64,000 nucleotides of DNA from Candidatus Aminicenantes bacterium UBA1061. Its GTDB lineage: Bacteria; Acidobacteriota; Aminicenantia; Aminicenantales; Saccharicenantaceae. Below, in pieces: positions 18,509 to 29,670 of this stretch. Each line of letters opens with the position of its first letter. Within the stretch, counting starts at the first letter, position 1. The notes below the pieces were generated by a model. That model was not told where the DNA came from. It did no database searches and saw only the letters and a list, made by a program, of their open reading frames with translations. Both the position numbers and the translations under genes were made by a program. The DNA lies in contig DCDG01000037.1 in assembly GCA_002316315.1 (NCBI GenBank), forward strand, positions 21,967 to 85,966, in the 5' to 3' direction.

Positions 18509-20671
18509 TTAAAAACCCAATTCCTTCATAACATTGGCTGCACCAGAAAATTTTTCTGTCACGAAAAGCACGTATCTGATATCAACGCTAATCGACCGCT
18601 GCCATTCTGGAATGATATAATAATCACTAATGACGCTCTCATAGGTCATATCAAAGATGATCCCGACCTGTTCGCCTTTAGCATTAAGGGTGGGTGAGCC
18701 AGAGTTCCCCCCGGTGACATTGGTGGTATTGAGGAAACAAGAAGGTACATCTTTAAGTTGTTGGTCTTCAAAACGGCCAAAATCACGCTGCCGGTAGAGT
18801 TCTTTGAGTTTAGCCGGAACATGAAATGGCTCGGTCCCCGTTTCTTTTTCCATGACTCCTTTAAGAGTCGTAATTGGCTTATAAACGACCGCATCCCTCG
18901 GGCTGTAGCCTTCAACCAGTCCATAGGTAAAACGGATGGTGCTGTTAGCATCTGGTGCTAATTTTCCGTCTTTCATCTCCAGCCAGGCTGCCTCATAAGT
19001 CTTTTTAATGTCCTGCCATTCCTGAGCCCAGGCTTTGCTTCCTTCCCGCACCACCTTCAGCTCCTTTTCCAGGTCAGCCGCCAGCCGGATAAAAGGATCA
19101 TTGGTCTTAAGCAGTTCAGCTGGCTTAAGCTGGAGAAGGGCGAGCCTTTTTTCTGGCAAACCAAGTTGAGTCTCCTGATAAAGACTATCAACATAATCGT
19201 CTATGGCTTTTTCTGAGCCCTGAGCCATTAAAGCCTGGAAGGCAGCCGGGATTTTTTCAGCTGGCAGGCCCATCATTTTTTTCAGCTGATGTTTAAAAAA
19301 CTCGCGGTCAGTCTCAAAGACATAGCCCCGTTCAGCCAGCTGGATCCGCTGCTTGATATAAGGGAAGTTACGGTCCTGATAAGCAGGCTCGCGATCTTTA
19401 TCGGGTTTCTGCCGCTCGTTGACCGTCCGGTAGATAGTATAGGCCTGAGATAGAACAGTTGAGCCAAAATAAGGGCTCATAATACTGCTCAGTAACTCGT
19501 TTTTGGCGACATAACCTTCATAGCGCTTCATAAAATCAGCCATCTGGACCAGAACTTGCCCGTACTTTACCTGGCGTTCAGGGGAAAGATTTACCCAGGC
19601 CATGAACTCCTTTTCCTGTTCTTTTTTCTTAGCAATTAGATCAATTTTCTTCATACCTTCGACTTTACCTTCCATATTCTTCAAGGAATTATAGAGGCCC
19701 TTCACCATACTGGCATAACGAATTTCTGCTTCCTTGTTACCCTGGCTGGCTTTTTCTACAAAGTCAATAATATCTTTGAATTCTGCAATCCGCTTGACCA
19801 TCGACTCTAAATCAGACTCGATTTCAACGGCTGTATGGTTACGGTAGGTTCGGCCCGGATAACCCACGACAAAAGTAAAATCTCCTTCTTGGACGCCGTC
19901 CAGTGATAGCTTTAAAAAGGCCTTCGGCTGATAAGGAACGTTATCCGGACTGTAATCAGCCCCGACTCCATCCTTTGAAACATAAGCCCGCAGGAAAGAA
20001 AAATCACAGGTATGCCGGGGCCAGATCCAGTTATCTGTTTCTCCGCCATAATTGCCCAGATCCTGTGGCGGAACATAAACCACCCGGATATCCTTAATTC
20101 TTTTAAAGCGATACAGAAAATATTGATTGCCGCTATACATGGAGGCAATGCTGGCCCTGATATCAGGCCCCTTTTTCTCAGCTTCAGTTACAATTTGATT
20201 AATGGCTTTTTCGATAGCTTCATACTTTTGCAGTGGAGTCAGATTTGGTTTGACCCTGGCCAATACCCGGGCAGTTACCTCTTCATAACCGAGCAGGATA
20301 TCGGCCGTATAGCCCTGGGCCCGAATTTCTTCAGCCCGGGTGCGGGCCAGAAAGCCGTCAGTAATATAATCATGTTCTTTACTGGCCGCTCTCTGCACCG
20401 CTCCAAAAGCCACATGATGATTGGTGAGAATTAAACCCTCCGGGCTAACGAACTCTCCCGTACCTCCGCCTAAGTTGACAATGGCACTCATCAGACCGGT
20501 GCCGTCCAGACGGTAAAGATCACCTGGATTCATCTTCAATCCGAGCTGCTCGAGGTTGAGCATTTTCATCTGGTGAGGCATCCACATGCCTTCATCGGCC
20601 ATAGCTGACCAGGGCCAGAGAATAAGCCCGATCAGCCAGATGGAAACAAATAACCTGGTTTTAAATTTCAT
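18509..20671 (-). CDS. Peptidase S46 family dipeptidyl-peptidase (DPP7/DPP11-like), secreted
   Basis: Signal peptide followed by the hallmark S46 N-terminus ADEGMWMP. A chymotrypsin-like catalytic His region (LTNHHV) and a C-terminal GGNSGSP-containing Ser region. Length 720 aa. Confidence 0.8.
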   Translation of the reverse strand: MKFKTRLFVSIWLIGLILWPWSAMADEGMWMPHQMKMLNLEQLGLKMNPGDLYRLDGTGLMSAIVNLGGGTGEFVSPEGLILTNHHVAFGAVQRAASKEHDYITDGFLARTRAEEIRAQGYTADILLGYEEVTARVLARVKPNLTPLQKYEAIEKAINQIVTEAEKKGPDIRASIASMYSGNQYFLYRFKRIKDIRVVYVPPQDLGNYGGETDNWIWPRHTCDFSFLRAYVSKDGVGADYSPDNVPYQPKAFLKLSLDGVQEGDFTFVVGYPGRTYRNHTAVEIESDLESMVKRIAEFKDIIDFVEKASQGNKEAEIRYASMVKGLYNSLKNMEGKVEGMKKIDLIAKKKEQEKEFMAWVNLSPERQVKYGQVLVQMADFMKRYEGYVAKNELLSSIMSPYFGSTVLSQAYTIYRTVNERQKPDKDREPAYQDRNFPYIKQRIQLAERGYVFETDREFFKHQLKKMMGLPAEKIPAAFQALMAQGSEKAIDDYVDSLYQETQLGLPEKRLALLQLKPAELLKTNDPFIRLAADLEKELKVVREGSKAWAQEWQDIKKTYEAAWLEMKDGKLAPDANSTIRFTYGLVEGYSPRDAVVYKPITTLKGVMEKETGTEPFHVPAKLKELYRQRDFGRFEDQQLKDVPSCFLNTTNVTGGNSGSPTLNAKGEQVGIIFDMTYESVISDYYIIPEWQRSISVDIRYVLFVTEKFSGAANVMKELGF

Positions 20672-20982
20672 AATTACCTCCTGACCTTATATATACGGAA
20701 AAACTTAACCCGGAGTTCATCTACTTAATATGTTCTCTGGCTTTAACCTGCTGGCCCAACTTGTTAACCCAGGCTGAAAACCAGCCCTTTCTGAAATCAG
20801 TGATCGGGTTCTGCAATTTTAGCTCCGGCTGCCAGCCGGCGCTTTAAGCTTGAGAAGAGATGATAATATTCAAAATTATCTATTTATTCAACCATCGTGA
20901 TTCCTTTTCTGCCAGGTCCTAATCTTTCAAGGTCAAAAAAATGTTAGAATAGTTAATTATGGCAGATGCTTAGGAGAGCAAA

Positions 20983-21960
20983 ATGGAAGATAAGAAAAAA
21001 GTTTTGGTCCTGTTTTGCGGCGGGACAATTGTCATGGAAGAAAAACAGAACGGGTCGCTGGCCGTACCGGAAAGTCTGGATTCCGCTATCAGCATTCTCA
21101 AGAATGTTGAGCCAAGGCTGGACTCCATTGCTGATTATGACATTGAATTCATTGCCAATATTGATAGCACCAATATTACTCCTTCTGACTGGGATAAAAT
21201 CCTTTACCAGATAAAAGAAAACTATCAAAATTATGATGGCTTTGTTATTACTCATGGAACAGACACCATGGCCTATACAGCCTCGGCTCTCAGCCTGGCC
21301 ATAAAAGGTCTGGGTAAACCAGTTGTCTTAACCGGAAGCCAGATTCCTGGAGAAAAAATTGAAAGCGATGCTCGCCGCAATCTGGTCAATGCTTTCCGGG
21401 TGGCTATTATGGATATTTCGGGAGTATTTATTGTCTTTGATGAAAGAATAATTCTGGGCTCAAGGGCCAGTAAAGCTTCTGAGTCAAAGCTTGATGCCTT
21501 TCAAAGTATTAACTGCGAAGATGCAGGTGAAATCTCTATCGAGATTAAAATAAAAGATTGGGTCAAGACAAGAGCGCAGGAACCCCATAAGATTGAAATC
21601 CGGCCAGGTTTTGAGTCCAATATTTTTGTTTATACTTTGAGTCCGGGCTGCGCCCCCCAGGACCTGGAATTTTTGCTTAATAATCAAGAAATAAAGGGTA
21701 TAGTTATCAGGGCCTATGGAACAGGTAATATTCCTTATGGCTTTGAAACTTTTTTCCGGAAAGCCAGAGAAAGAAACCTGCCAGTCATCGTCACCTCGCA
21801 ATGTCTTCATGGCAAGACGCTGATGCATTTATATGAGGTTGGCAGGAAAGCTTTACAATCAGGGGCTATTGAAGGACACGAAGAAAGCCTTGAGACTTTA
21901 TGCGTTAAATTGATGTGGGGCTTAAGGCATTTCCCTGATCAGATTGAAAGCCTGATTTAG
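20983..21960 (+). CDS. ansA: L-asparaginase, type I (cytoplasmic)
   Basis: N-terminal VLVLFCGGTIVM catalytic Thr motif. ITHGTDTMAYTA second motif. Length 325 aa. Confidence 0.8.
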   Translation: MEDKKKVLVLFCGGTIVMEEKQNGSLAVPESLDSAISILKNVEPRLDSIADYDIEFIANIDSTNITPSDWDKILYQIKENYQNYDGFVITHGTDTMAYTASALSLAIKGLGKPVVLTGSQIPGEKIESDARRNLVNAFRVAIMDISGVFIVFDERIILGSRASKASESKLDAFQSINCEDAGEISIEIKIKDWVKTRAQEPHKIEIRPGFESNIFVYTLSPGCAPQDLEFLLNNQEIKGIVIRAYGTGNIPYGFETFFRKARERNLPVIVTSQCLHGKTLMHLYEVGRKALQSGAIEGHEESLETLCVKLMWGLRHFPDQIESLI

Positions 21961-22066
21961 AGGCATTTTCTGACCTAACCGCTCACCCGGGTATCTTCTG
22001 TGATCACCGGCTAAATTGGCGCCAGAGGTAGGTAGTGGTTATTTCTTTATTATAATTTAAAGTAAC

Positions 22067-23476
22067 CTAAAATGGGCCCCACTTGAGAAGTACTGGAGGG
22101 ATTAAGGCCAGCAAGCTTAACACGGAAAGAATCAACATCAGCGGAAGAAACCACTTTGCCCATTTTTCCCAGGCGATTTTGGCCACGCCCAGGACACCCA
22201 TAGTAACAGCTGAAGTTGGCAGCACCGGATTAATAACTTCACATAGTTGAAAAGCTAGAACAGAGGTCTGTCGGGTAATATCGACCAGATCACTCAGCGG
22301 AGCAATGATGGGCATAGTCAGAGCAGCCTGCGCCGTGCCAGAATGAACAAAGAAATTTATAACGGCCTGAACCAGGAATATCACCTGGGCAGTCAAAATC
22401 GAAGGGACGCCGGCAATGATATTAGCCGCTCCCTGGAGCATGGTATCCAGAACAGCCGCCTCTTTTAAAATAATCAGGACGGCCCGGCCGCAGGCGATAA
22501 TGAGTGAGACATTCATCATGTCTTTAGCCCCATCCAGGAAATTAATGGCTATAGTCGAAGGCTTCATCCTGGCCAGAAATCCAGAGACCAGACCAATGCC
22601 CAGAAAAAGGGCAGCAATTTCTTCCATATACCAGCCATTGGCCAGAATGCCATAAATCAGAAATCCGATACCGATAAACAGGGTGGCTATAATCAATTTC
22701 TCGGCTGTCCCCCATTCAGGCCTTTGGTTCGAATTTTCCTGATGGACAAGGCGCTCACGGTCTAGCTCATAAACAGGGCTGAGAGAAGGGTTCTTTCTAA
22801 TTTTCTCGGCATAAATCATGACGAAACCAATAGCAACAATCGTCATTATAAACCACAGAATAAGCCGGTAGCCCAGGCCGGAGTAAAGTGGCAATTCAGC
22901 CAGCCCCTGGGCAATTCCGACCGTAAAAGGATTGAAAAAAGCGGCGGCAAAGCCAACGGCTGAACCGAGAAAAGGAATGGCTACACCAACTATAGAATCA
23001 TAGCCAAGAGAGAGAGCAAAAGGAATAAAAATCAGGACAAAGGGGATTGACTCTTCGGCCATGCCGTAGACGCTACCAGCCAGAGAAAAAATTAACATCA
23101 AAACCGGTATGACCATAACTCTCAGCTTGGGTTTCTGGCCAAAAAAAGCCGCCAGGCGATGAATACCAGCATCAATTGCCCCAGATCTGGTCAGAATACC
23201 AAATGTTCCGCCAAATATAAAAATCAAAATAATGATTAATGAGGCATCCTCGAAGCCACGAATGGGAGCAATCAGCAGCCATTCAGGTCCCAGCCATTTT
23301 TTTGGGACCTGATGGTAAGTGCCAGGAACAGTCATCAGCCTGGTCTGACCCTGCAGTGTCTTTTCAGTCCGCTGGAACTCGCCTGAGGGCAAAAACAGAG
23401 CTAAAAAGTAAACAAAAATAACGAGCAAATAGATTAAAACCAGAGTATGAGGCAGCTTGAAACTTCTTTTTTTCAT
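22067..23476 (-). CDS. YfcC/DcuC-like anaerobic C4-dicarboxylate or amino-acid transporter family membrane protein
   Basis: 469 aa with about 12 TM helices. The segment SGAIDAGIHRL and overall architecture resemble the YfcC family. No search was possible. Confidence 0.45.
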   Translation of the reverse strand: MKKRSFKLPHTLVLIYLLVIFVYFLALFLPSGEFQRTEKTLQGQTRLMTVPGTYHQVPKKWLGPEWLLIAPIRGFEDASLIIILIFIFGGTFGILTRSGAIDAGIHRLAAFFGQKPKLRVMVIPVLMLIFSLAGSVYGMAEESIPFVLIFIPFALSLGYDSIVGVAIPFLGSAVGFAAAFFNPFTVGIAQGLAELPLYSGLGYRLILWFIMTIVAIGFVMIYAEKIRKNPSLSPVYELDRERLVHQENSNQRPEWGTAEKLIIATLFIGIGFLIYGILANGWYMEEIAALFLGIGLVSGFLARMKPSTIAINFLDGAKDMMNVSLIIACGRAVLIILKEAAVLDTMLQGAANIIAGVPSILTAQVIFLVQAVINFFVHSGTAQAALTMPIIAPLSDLVDITRQTSVLAFQLCEVINPVLPTSAVTMGVLGVAKIAWEKWAKWFLPLMLILSVLSLLALIPPVLLKWGPF

Positions 23477-23646
23477 CTGTTTTCAAATCGGTCAAAAATC
23501 ACTTCATTTTACATGATTGAAACCCACAGAAGCAAAACTTTTGTTAAAATAAACGCCGTCTTCACGGTTATTTCTTCTTATAAGATTCCAGAAGATAGCT
23601 TAGCAAGCTAAGCCAGATTTAATAGGCTGAAAAGTTTTGAGACTGA

Positions 23647-24564
23647 TTAGCGACTAAAGCTAACGCTGATAAACTTTAAGCCATCCAGAATGCCCGTTCG
23701 CCAGTAGCTCCAGGTGTGGGCGCCGTCTCTCATTCTGGCTTCATGAGGGATCTTCCGGTCGCGCATAGCCACATGAAGAGCAGCGTTGCCCTTATAAAGA
23801 AAATCATCATCACCGCAATCTAAATAAAACCTGACCGACTTTATTTTATCAAGGGGCAAGGTATTGACCAGCTGAAGAGGATTATAGCCCTGGAAATGAG
23901 CAGTCAACCGCTCACGGCCCTTAAGCCCGGGGCCATAAAGCCGGCCAAACATCTGCTCATAAGTTTTGTCATCAGTAGCAATTATTTCCTCATCTGTCCA
24001 GACAGCAGCACTGAAAGCCGCTGCAGCTGTAAACAGGTCAGGATGGCGCAAGGCATAAACTAAGGTTCCCCAGCCACCCATTGATAGGCCAGCCACTCCT
24101 CTAAACTCTCTGGAAGCCCTGGTGCGATAATTAGAATCAATATATGGAATCAGTTCTTGACAAAACATGTCTTCATAGCGGACTTTCCCCTGATAATCAT
24201 TAATATACCAGCTAACTCCCCCATCCGGCATGACAATAATTATCGGTGGAAGCTCCCCTGAAGAAATAGCTATATCAGCAATGAGATTCACCTGGCCGAA
24301 TTGGACCCAGGCCAGGTCGCTATCCGTATAGCCGTGAAGAAGATAAACAACAGGATAACGCCGGTTGGAAGTCTCATAGTCGGGCGGAAGATAAATCGTA
24401 TACCTAATCTCCTGGCTAAGAATCTGACTGGAAAACCTCAGCCCTTCTTGTACCTTCCCGGTTGGCTGAGCCTGTCCGGTTACAGGTAAAAGCAGCCACA
24501 GAACAACAGTCAAAGCCAGAAATAATATTATCTGTCCTCTTTTCCATTTAATATTTTCTTCCAT
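23647..24564 (-). CDS. Secreted esterase (esterase D / enterochelin-esterase-like alpha/beta hydrolase)
   Basis: Signal peptide. The YPVVYLLHG oxyanion region. A GLSMGG nucleophile elbow. Confidence 0.7.
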   Translation of the reverse strand: MEENIKWKRGQIILFLALTVVLWLLLPVTGQAQPTGKVQEGLRFSSQILSQEIRYTIYLPPDYETSNRRYPVVYLLHGYTDSDLAWVQFGQVNLIADIAISSGELPPIIIVMPDGGVSWYINDYQGKVRYEDMFCQELIPYIDSNYRTRASREFRGVAGLSMGGWGTLVYALRHPDLFTAAAAFSAAVWTDEEIIATDDKTYEQMFGRLYGPGLKGRERLTAHFQGYNPLQLVNTLPLDKIKSVRFYLDCGDDDFLYKGNAALHVAMRDRKIPHEARMRDGAHTWSYWRTGILDGLKFISVSFSR

Positions 24565-24838
24565 GGTTTTCCCTCCTCCGTCCTTTTGGATTTAACCAGT
24601 ATTTATTATTCGACGTTTAGCGTTGAGCATTATATTATATCTTTGTTAGATCATCTATAAAGTTCCAAAAGCCATTAAATCTCGTTACCTTGCTGTTAGG
24701 ACCAAGCCGGGATTCTTTCACTAACCTAAGGTGCTCAACATTCCTCAAATTTAACTTGAATTTTCGAACGGAAATATTTATATTCAGGCTATAACCCCAG
24801 AAGGGTAAAGCTTTTCATTTTAAGGAGGGCTTGAAAAG

Positions 24839-25375
24839 ATGCAAAAAGAAGTTTCTGGCGTCATCATAGAATGCGTTAAGGGCAACATCGCCAATCAGCC
24901 AGATGTGATGGCCATTGTCAATCCAGCTAATGCCTATCTCCGGCCGGGGGGTGGTGCAGCCGGAGCTATTCATGAGGCCGCCGGACTTGGCCTCGAAGAA
25001 GAGTGCCGACCGTTAGCCCCGATTGAACCAGGGGAGGCAGTCATTACCAGCGGGCAAAATCTGCCTAATAAATATATTATCCACTGTCTTGGCCCTGTCT
25101 ATGGAGTAGACGAGCCAGCTGATGAACTTCTGGCCAGTTGTTATCGCCAAGCTCTCCAGCTGGCTGAGGAATACCAGATTGAATCTATCGCCTTTCCAGC
25201 TATATCCACCGGCTTTTTCCGTTTTCCACCTGAAAAAGCTACCAATATTGCCACAAAGACCATCCTAGAGCTGGCCCCAAAGCTTAAGTGGGTCAAGAGA
25301 ATTCGGTTCGTCCTATTTACAGATTCAGACCTGGCCGTTTATGAAGCCACATTATCACGCTTAACTCAGAGTTGA
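24839..25375 (+). CDS. Macro domain protein (O-acetyl-ADP-ribose deacetylase-like)
   Basis: IVNPANAYLRPGGGAAGAIHEAAG is a classic macro-domain ADP-ribose-binding motif. Length 178 aa. Confidence 0.8.
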   Translation: MQKEVSGVIIECVKGNIANQPDVMAIVNPANAYLRPGGGAAGAIHEAAGLGLEEECRPLAPIEPGEAVITSGQNLPNKYIIHCLGPVYGVDEPADELLASCYRQALQLAEEYQIESIAFPAISTGFFRFPPEKATNIATKTILELAPKLKWVKRIRFVLFTDSDLAVYEATLSRLTQS

Positions 25376-25492
25376 TTTTATCGCGCAGGTCGTTTCCTGC
25401 GGGCTACTTCTGACGGTAAAGCTGTGGTTATGTCCAGCTTTCATAATTTTGTTTGCACTTTCTAATTCAAATATTTTTTCCGAGTATCTAAA

Positions 25493-26581
25493 TCAGCCGA
25501 GACTGATTTCAATTAGTTTATAATCCTGCGAACCGAGTCCTATTTTTTCTCCATGGGCCAGCTGAATTGACCAGTCAAGGTTATAACCCTGCCGGAAAGC
25601 ATCTTTACCGGCCGCTAGATTGACTAAATCAATTGAGGTGCGATCAACAGCAACCGGATCTAATGAGCTGACTATCCCGACATCATGGACAACTCCTGCC
25701 TGGCTCTTAGCCATACAATCACAATCCTTGGTAACTTGCAGGATAAAATTAATAAAGCATATTTTTTTCCCGAAATGGTTCTTAACTGATAGAGCATATT
25801 CGGCCATTTTTTCCTGAAGACGTCGTGAATCCTCATCCCACTTCATCTGAACGGCTCCAAAGCGGCAGACAACCAGACACTCACCGCAGCCTATGCATTT
25901 TTCATCATCAATAATAGCCTTATTCTGAATCTGTCTGATGGCCCCGGCCGGACAGTAATCAAGACAGAGGCCACAATTCCGGCATTGTTTTGCTTTGACC
26001 CGTGGATGGACCACCGAATGCTGATCAAGCTTGCCAGCCCTGGAAGCGCAGCCCATGCCGAGATTTTTAATGGCTGCTCCGACACCTGTCTGGACATGTC
26101 CGGTCACATGAGTCAAACAAATCATGGTCTGAGAACTGAGAAAGGCACTTGAAATACGCGAACTTTGAACCCGACTCCCCTCAACTTTAAGCTCAACTTT
26201 TTCCCGGCCAACCAGTCCGTCAGCAATAATCACCGGTATTTTAACTATTTCCGGCCGGAAGCCATGCTCCCAGGCCAGCCGGATATGATCAACTGAATTT
26301 GCCCGGCGGCCAACATAAAGCGTGTTGCTATCAGAGAGAAAGGCCCGATTACTTTTCTTCAGGACATCGTCTATAATCCCGGTCAACCATTGAGGTTTTA
26401 TATGACCGGTGTTGTTTTTTTCACCAAAATGAATTTTTAAAGCGACGAAATCTTCTGCTTCTATTCTTTCGTTGAAACCCAGAGACCGGTAAATGGCTAA
26501 GGATTTTTGAGCGATGATCTCGGGACCATCTTCCCGGCTGGCTCTTATAAAATACACTTCCTTCTTCATCCTGAACCTCAT
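25493..26581 (-). CDS. DUF362 domain protein with 2x[4Fe-4S] ferredoxin insert
   Basis: CRNCGLCLDYCP and CIGCGECLVVC ferredoxin motifs are embedded in a DUF362-like scaffold. Length 362 aa. Confidence 0.6.
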   Translation of the reverse strand: MRFRMKKEVYFIRASREDGPEIIAQKSLAIYRSLGFNERIEAEDFVALKIHFGEKNNTGHIKPQWLTGIIDDVLKKSNRAFLSDSNTLYVGRRANSVDHIRLAWEHGFRPEIVKIPVIIADGLVGREKVELKVEGSRVQSSRISSAFLSSQTMICLTHVTGHVQTGVGAAIKNLGMGCASRAGKLDQHSVVHPRVKAKQCRNCGLCLDYCPAGAIRQIQNKAIIDDEKCIGCGECLVVCRFGAVQMKWDEDSRRLQEKMAEYALSVKNHFGKKICFINFILQVTKDCDCMAKSQAGVVHDVGIVSSLDPVAVDRTSIDLVNLAAGKDAFRQGYNLDWSIQLAHGEKIGLGSQDYKLIEISLG

Positions 26582-26635
26582 GGTGTTTAGATTAAATTAA
26601 ATACAGGCAGCTAAAATGCTCGACATCACGTCCGC

Positions 26636-27787
26636 TTATTTTATCAGAAGAGACCTGACTGTTTCTACCCCGTCACCAAGAGAAACCTCCCCACCCAGAG
26701 CCAGAAGGGTTTTTTCCAGGGCATCAAAAGCAAAAATAATTTCCTCTCTGGTCATGTTACCCATATGGCCCATCCTGAATACCTGTCCGGCAGTCAGGCC
26801 AAGCCCGCCGGCCACCACCACTCCGAACTCATCCAGTTTCTGTCTGAAACTTTGATCTTCAATTCCTTCAGGATAGCCCACTACTGAGAGTGTCGGGGCG
26901 AGACAGGTTTCATCTGTATAGATGGAAAAATCCAATGATCTTAAGCCGCTTCTAATGGCCGAGGCGTAACGTTCATGCCTCTCAAAACGCTTTTCTAGCC
27001 CTTCCTCGAGGACCAGACGGGTTGCTTCATAAAAGGCTCTAATTTCATTGACAGCCGGAGTGGAAAAATATTTTTTGGGATTTTCCATAACCGGGAGCCA
27101 GCGCAAAATATCGGCATAATAAGCCTTTACTTTCGACAGTTGCTTCCTTTTGTCCAAAGCCCTTCTGGAAAAGATATCTATGGCCAGCCCCGGGGGAGCG
27201 CCCAGGCACTTCTGAGCAGCAGTTAAAATAACATCAATCCCCCAACCATCTAAATTCTCCTCAATTCCGCCGGTGGCACAAACGCCATCCACAACCAGCA
27301 AGGCTTCAGGTGCTTCCTGTTTTATAACCTCAGAGTAACGCTCAACCGGAGCGCAGCTACCTGTGGCCGTGTCAACATGGGTACAAACCACCACGTCGTA
27401 CTTGTGCTTTTTAATTTCACTCCTGAGCTCATCAGCACTGACCACCTTTCCCCATGGGCTCTGAAGCAAGCGATATTTCAGGTCAAAGGCATCCGCAATT
27501 TCTACCATTCGCTGGCTAAAATATCCCTGAGATAAGATGAGCAGGCGGTCAGACTCGGCTGTGACATTCAACAAAGCTATTTCCATGGCCAGTGTTCCAG
27601 ACCCGGCCAGGATAAAAGGCTGGCCATCCTTAGTTCTGACAATTTTCTTCATATTTTCCACTGCCCCGTTCAACTCTCTTTCCATTTCCCGGCTAAGATG
27701 CGAGACAGTCGGTTTTGACAAAACTTCCAAAATCCGACTGTCAACCGGGGTTGGCCCCGGGATTAAAAGAAGTTTGCTTTCTTTCAT
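26636..27787 (-). CDS. Class V aminotransferase (alanine-glyoxylate/serine-pyruvate aminotransferase family)
   Basis: N-terminus LLIPGPTPV. PLP-fold motifs. Length 383 aa. Confidence 0.75.
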   Translation of the reverse strand: MKESKLLLIPGPTPVDSRILEVLSKPTVSHLSREMERELNGAVENMKKIVRTKDGQPFILAGSGTLAMEIALLNVTAESDRLLILSQGYFSQRMVEIADAFDLKYRLLQSPWGKVVSADELRSEIKKHKYDVVVCTHVDTATGSCAPVERYSEVIKQEAPEALLVVDGVCATGGIEENLDGWGIDVILTAAQKCLGAPPGLAIDIFSRRALDKRKQLSKVKAYYADILRWLPVMENPKKYFSTPAVNEIRAFYEATRLVLEEGLEKRFERHERYASAIRSGLRSLDFSIYTDETCLAPTLSVVGYPEGIEDQSFRQKLDEFGVVVAGGLGLTAGQVFRMGHMGNMTREEIIFAFDALEKTLLALGGEVSLGDGVETVRSLLIK

Positions 27788-27931
27788 TTTTTTCTTCCTT
27801 CAGAAAATTCGGCAATGTTTTATTACTATTTTTCTCCAATCGGCCAGGAAAATCAACAAGAAATGAGATTGTTGGTTACAATAATAACAACCGATAGTAT
27901 AATCGGAGGAGTTTATGGAAGGAGAAATATT

Positions 27932-29623
27932 ATGGCCATAAAAAGAGTCTTAAAAGAATTCTTACTTCCTGTCCTGATAATTATTATTCTGGCCGGATCA
28001 AATCTTTCCTGCCAATCAGCCGCCGAAAAAAAAGCTGACCTGGTAATTGCCGGGAAAATATTCACCGGTTTGAATTCCCTGCCTTTCGTGGAAGCCCTGG
28101 CGGTCAATGGAGATAAAATTCAGGCCACCGGCACCAGGCAAGAAATCAACAAATATATTGGCCCGCAGACCCGGATAATTGAACTAAAAGAGGGAGTAGC
28201 TATTCCTGGCTTGATTGACGCCCACACTCACTTTTCTTCAGGCGGTAAATCTCTAATTGAACTGAGCTTTCGCGGCATAGATTCAATCGAAAAGGTTCAG
28301 CAAATGATAGCGGCCAGAATAAAAGAGCTACCAGCTGGCTCCCCAGTTTTTGGCCGTGATTATGATCACACTCTGTTTCCTGGCCAGGAATGGCCCCATC
28401 GAACAGATCTTGATAAAGTGGCGCCTGAAAATCCGGTGGTTATCCGCCGTGTAGATGGACATTCAGCCTGGATTAACAGTCTGGCCCTGAAGTTGTCAGG
28501 CATCGACCGTAACACGTCTAATCCTTTCGGAGGCGAAATTGTTAGAGATAAAACCACTGGCGAGCCAACTGGCATTTTGAAAGAATCGGCTATGAACCTG
28601 ATTAAAATTAAGCCCTCCGTCAAGTCTTCTCCGGAAGAAGATATCCTGAGAGCCTTAGATCATGCCCGCCAGCTTGGATTGACTGGAGTTCATGCTTCGA
28701 CTGATCTCAAGGAGCTAGAAATTTATAAAAGGCTCAAAAAGGACGGCAAACTGACCCTGAGAATTTATGCCTGGCTGCCAATTGAAGAAATGGATCAGTG
28801 TCTGAAGCTTGGTATTAAGCAGGGCCAGGGTGACGAGTTTTTAAAAATTGGCTTTCTCAAAGCCTTTATTGACGGGACTCTTGGTTCAGGCACAGCCTTG
28901 ATGTTTGAACCTTTTGCCGATGCTCCCAACCAATCAGGACTGCCACAGTATTCTGAGCAAGAATTTTATGAATTGATTGATCAAGCTTACGCTCATGGCT
29001 TTCAGGTTGGCACCCATGCCATTGGTGATAAAGGCGTTAACTGGGTACTCAATGCCATAGAAAAAGCTCAGAAAAAACATGGTCAGAAAAACCTGCGTTA
29101 CCGGATAGAACATGCTCAAATTATTAAGCCTGAAGACATTAAGAGATTTAAAGAACTCAGGGTGATCGCCTCCATGCAACCAACCCATTGTACAACCGAT
29201 ATGCGCTTTTGCGAGCAAAGGATAGGCAGCGAACGGTCAAAATATGCCTATGCCTGGAGATCTCTGCTGGACGCCGGAGCCAGCCTGGCTTTTGGCTCTG
29301 ATTGGCCAGTTGAGCCACTTGATCCGCGCCGGGGGCTATATTCAGCTGTTACCCGAAAAAACATCGAACATGATTACCCGGATGGTGGTTGGTTTCCAGA
29401 GCAAAGGCTTAGCCTGGCCGAAGCTATCCAATGTTTTACTTCTGGCTCAGCTTATGCTTCATTTGAAGAAAAATTAAAAGGAACACTCGAGCCTGGTAAA
29501 CTGGCTGACCTGACTGTTTTTGGTCAGGATATCTTCAGCCATGAGCCGAAAGAAATTTTAACCGTGCCCGTCATTTATACTATAGTCGGAGGTAAAATCG
29601 TCTATCAGTCCGAGAGAAGCTAA
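27932..29623 (+). CDS. Amidohydrolase-3 family metal-dependent hydrolase, secreted/lipoprotein
   Basis: Start moved to ATG 27932 (MAIKRVLKEFLLPVLIIIILAGSNLSC...), which has a GGAGG RBS and a signal peptide. Metal-binding GLIDAHTHF motif. HAIGD and GSDWPV motifs typical of YtcJ-like amidohydrolases. Confidence 0.7.
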   Translation: MAIKRVLKEFLLPVLIIIILAGSNLSCQSAAEKKADLVIAGKIFTGLNSLPFVEALAVNGDKIQATGTRQEINKYIGPQTRIIELKEGVAIPGLIDAHTHFSSGGKSLIELSFRGIDSIEKVQQMIAARIKELPAGSPVFGRDYDHTLFPGQEWPHRTDLDKVAPENPVVIRRVDGHSAWINSLALKLSGIDRNTSNPFGGEIVRDKTTGEPTGILKESAMNLIKIKPSVKSSPEEDILRALDHARQLGLTGVHASTDLKELEIYKRLKKDGKLTLRIYAWLPIEEMDQCLKLGIKQGQGDEFLKIGFLKAFIDGTLGSGTALMFEPFADAPNQSGLPQYSEQEFYELIDQAYAHGFQVGTHAIGDKGVNWVLNAIEKAQKKHGQKNLRYRIEHAQIIKPEDIKRFKELRVIASMQPTHCTTDMRFCEQRIGSERSKYAYAWRSLLDAGASLAFGSDWPVEPLDPRRGLYSAVTRKNIEHDYPDGGWFPEQRLSLAEAIQCFTSGSAYASFEEKLKGTLEPGKLADLTVFGQDIFSHEPKEILTVPVIYTIVGGKIVYQSERS

Positions 29624-29670
29624 GTCGCTTTTAAAATTTTACCAGGTACTATCTGGCAACATCCGGCCGG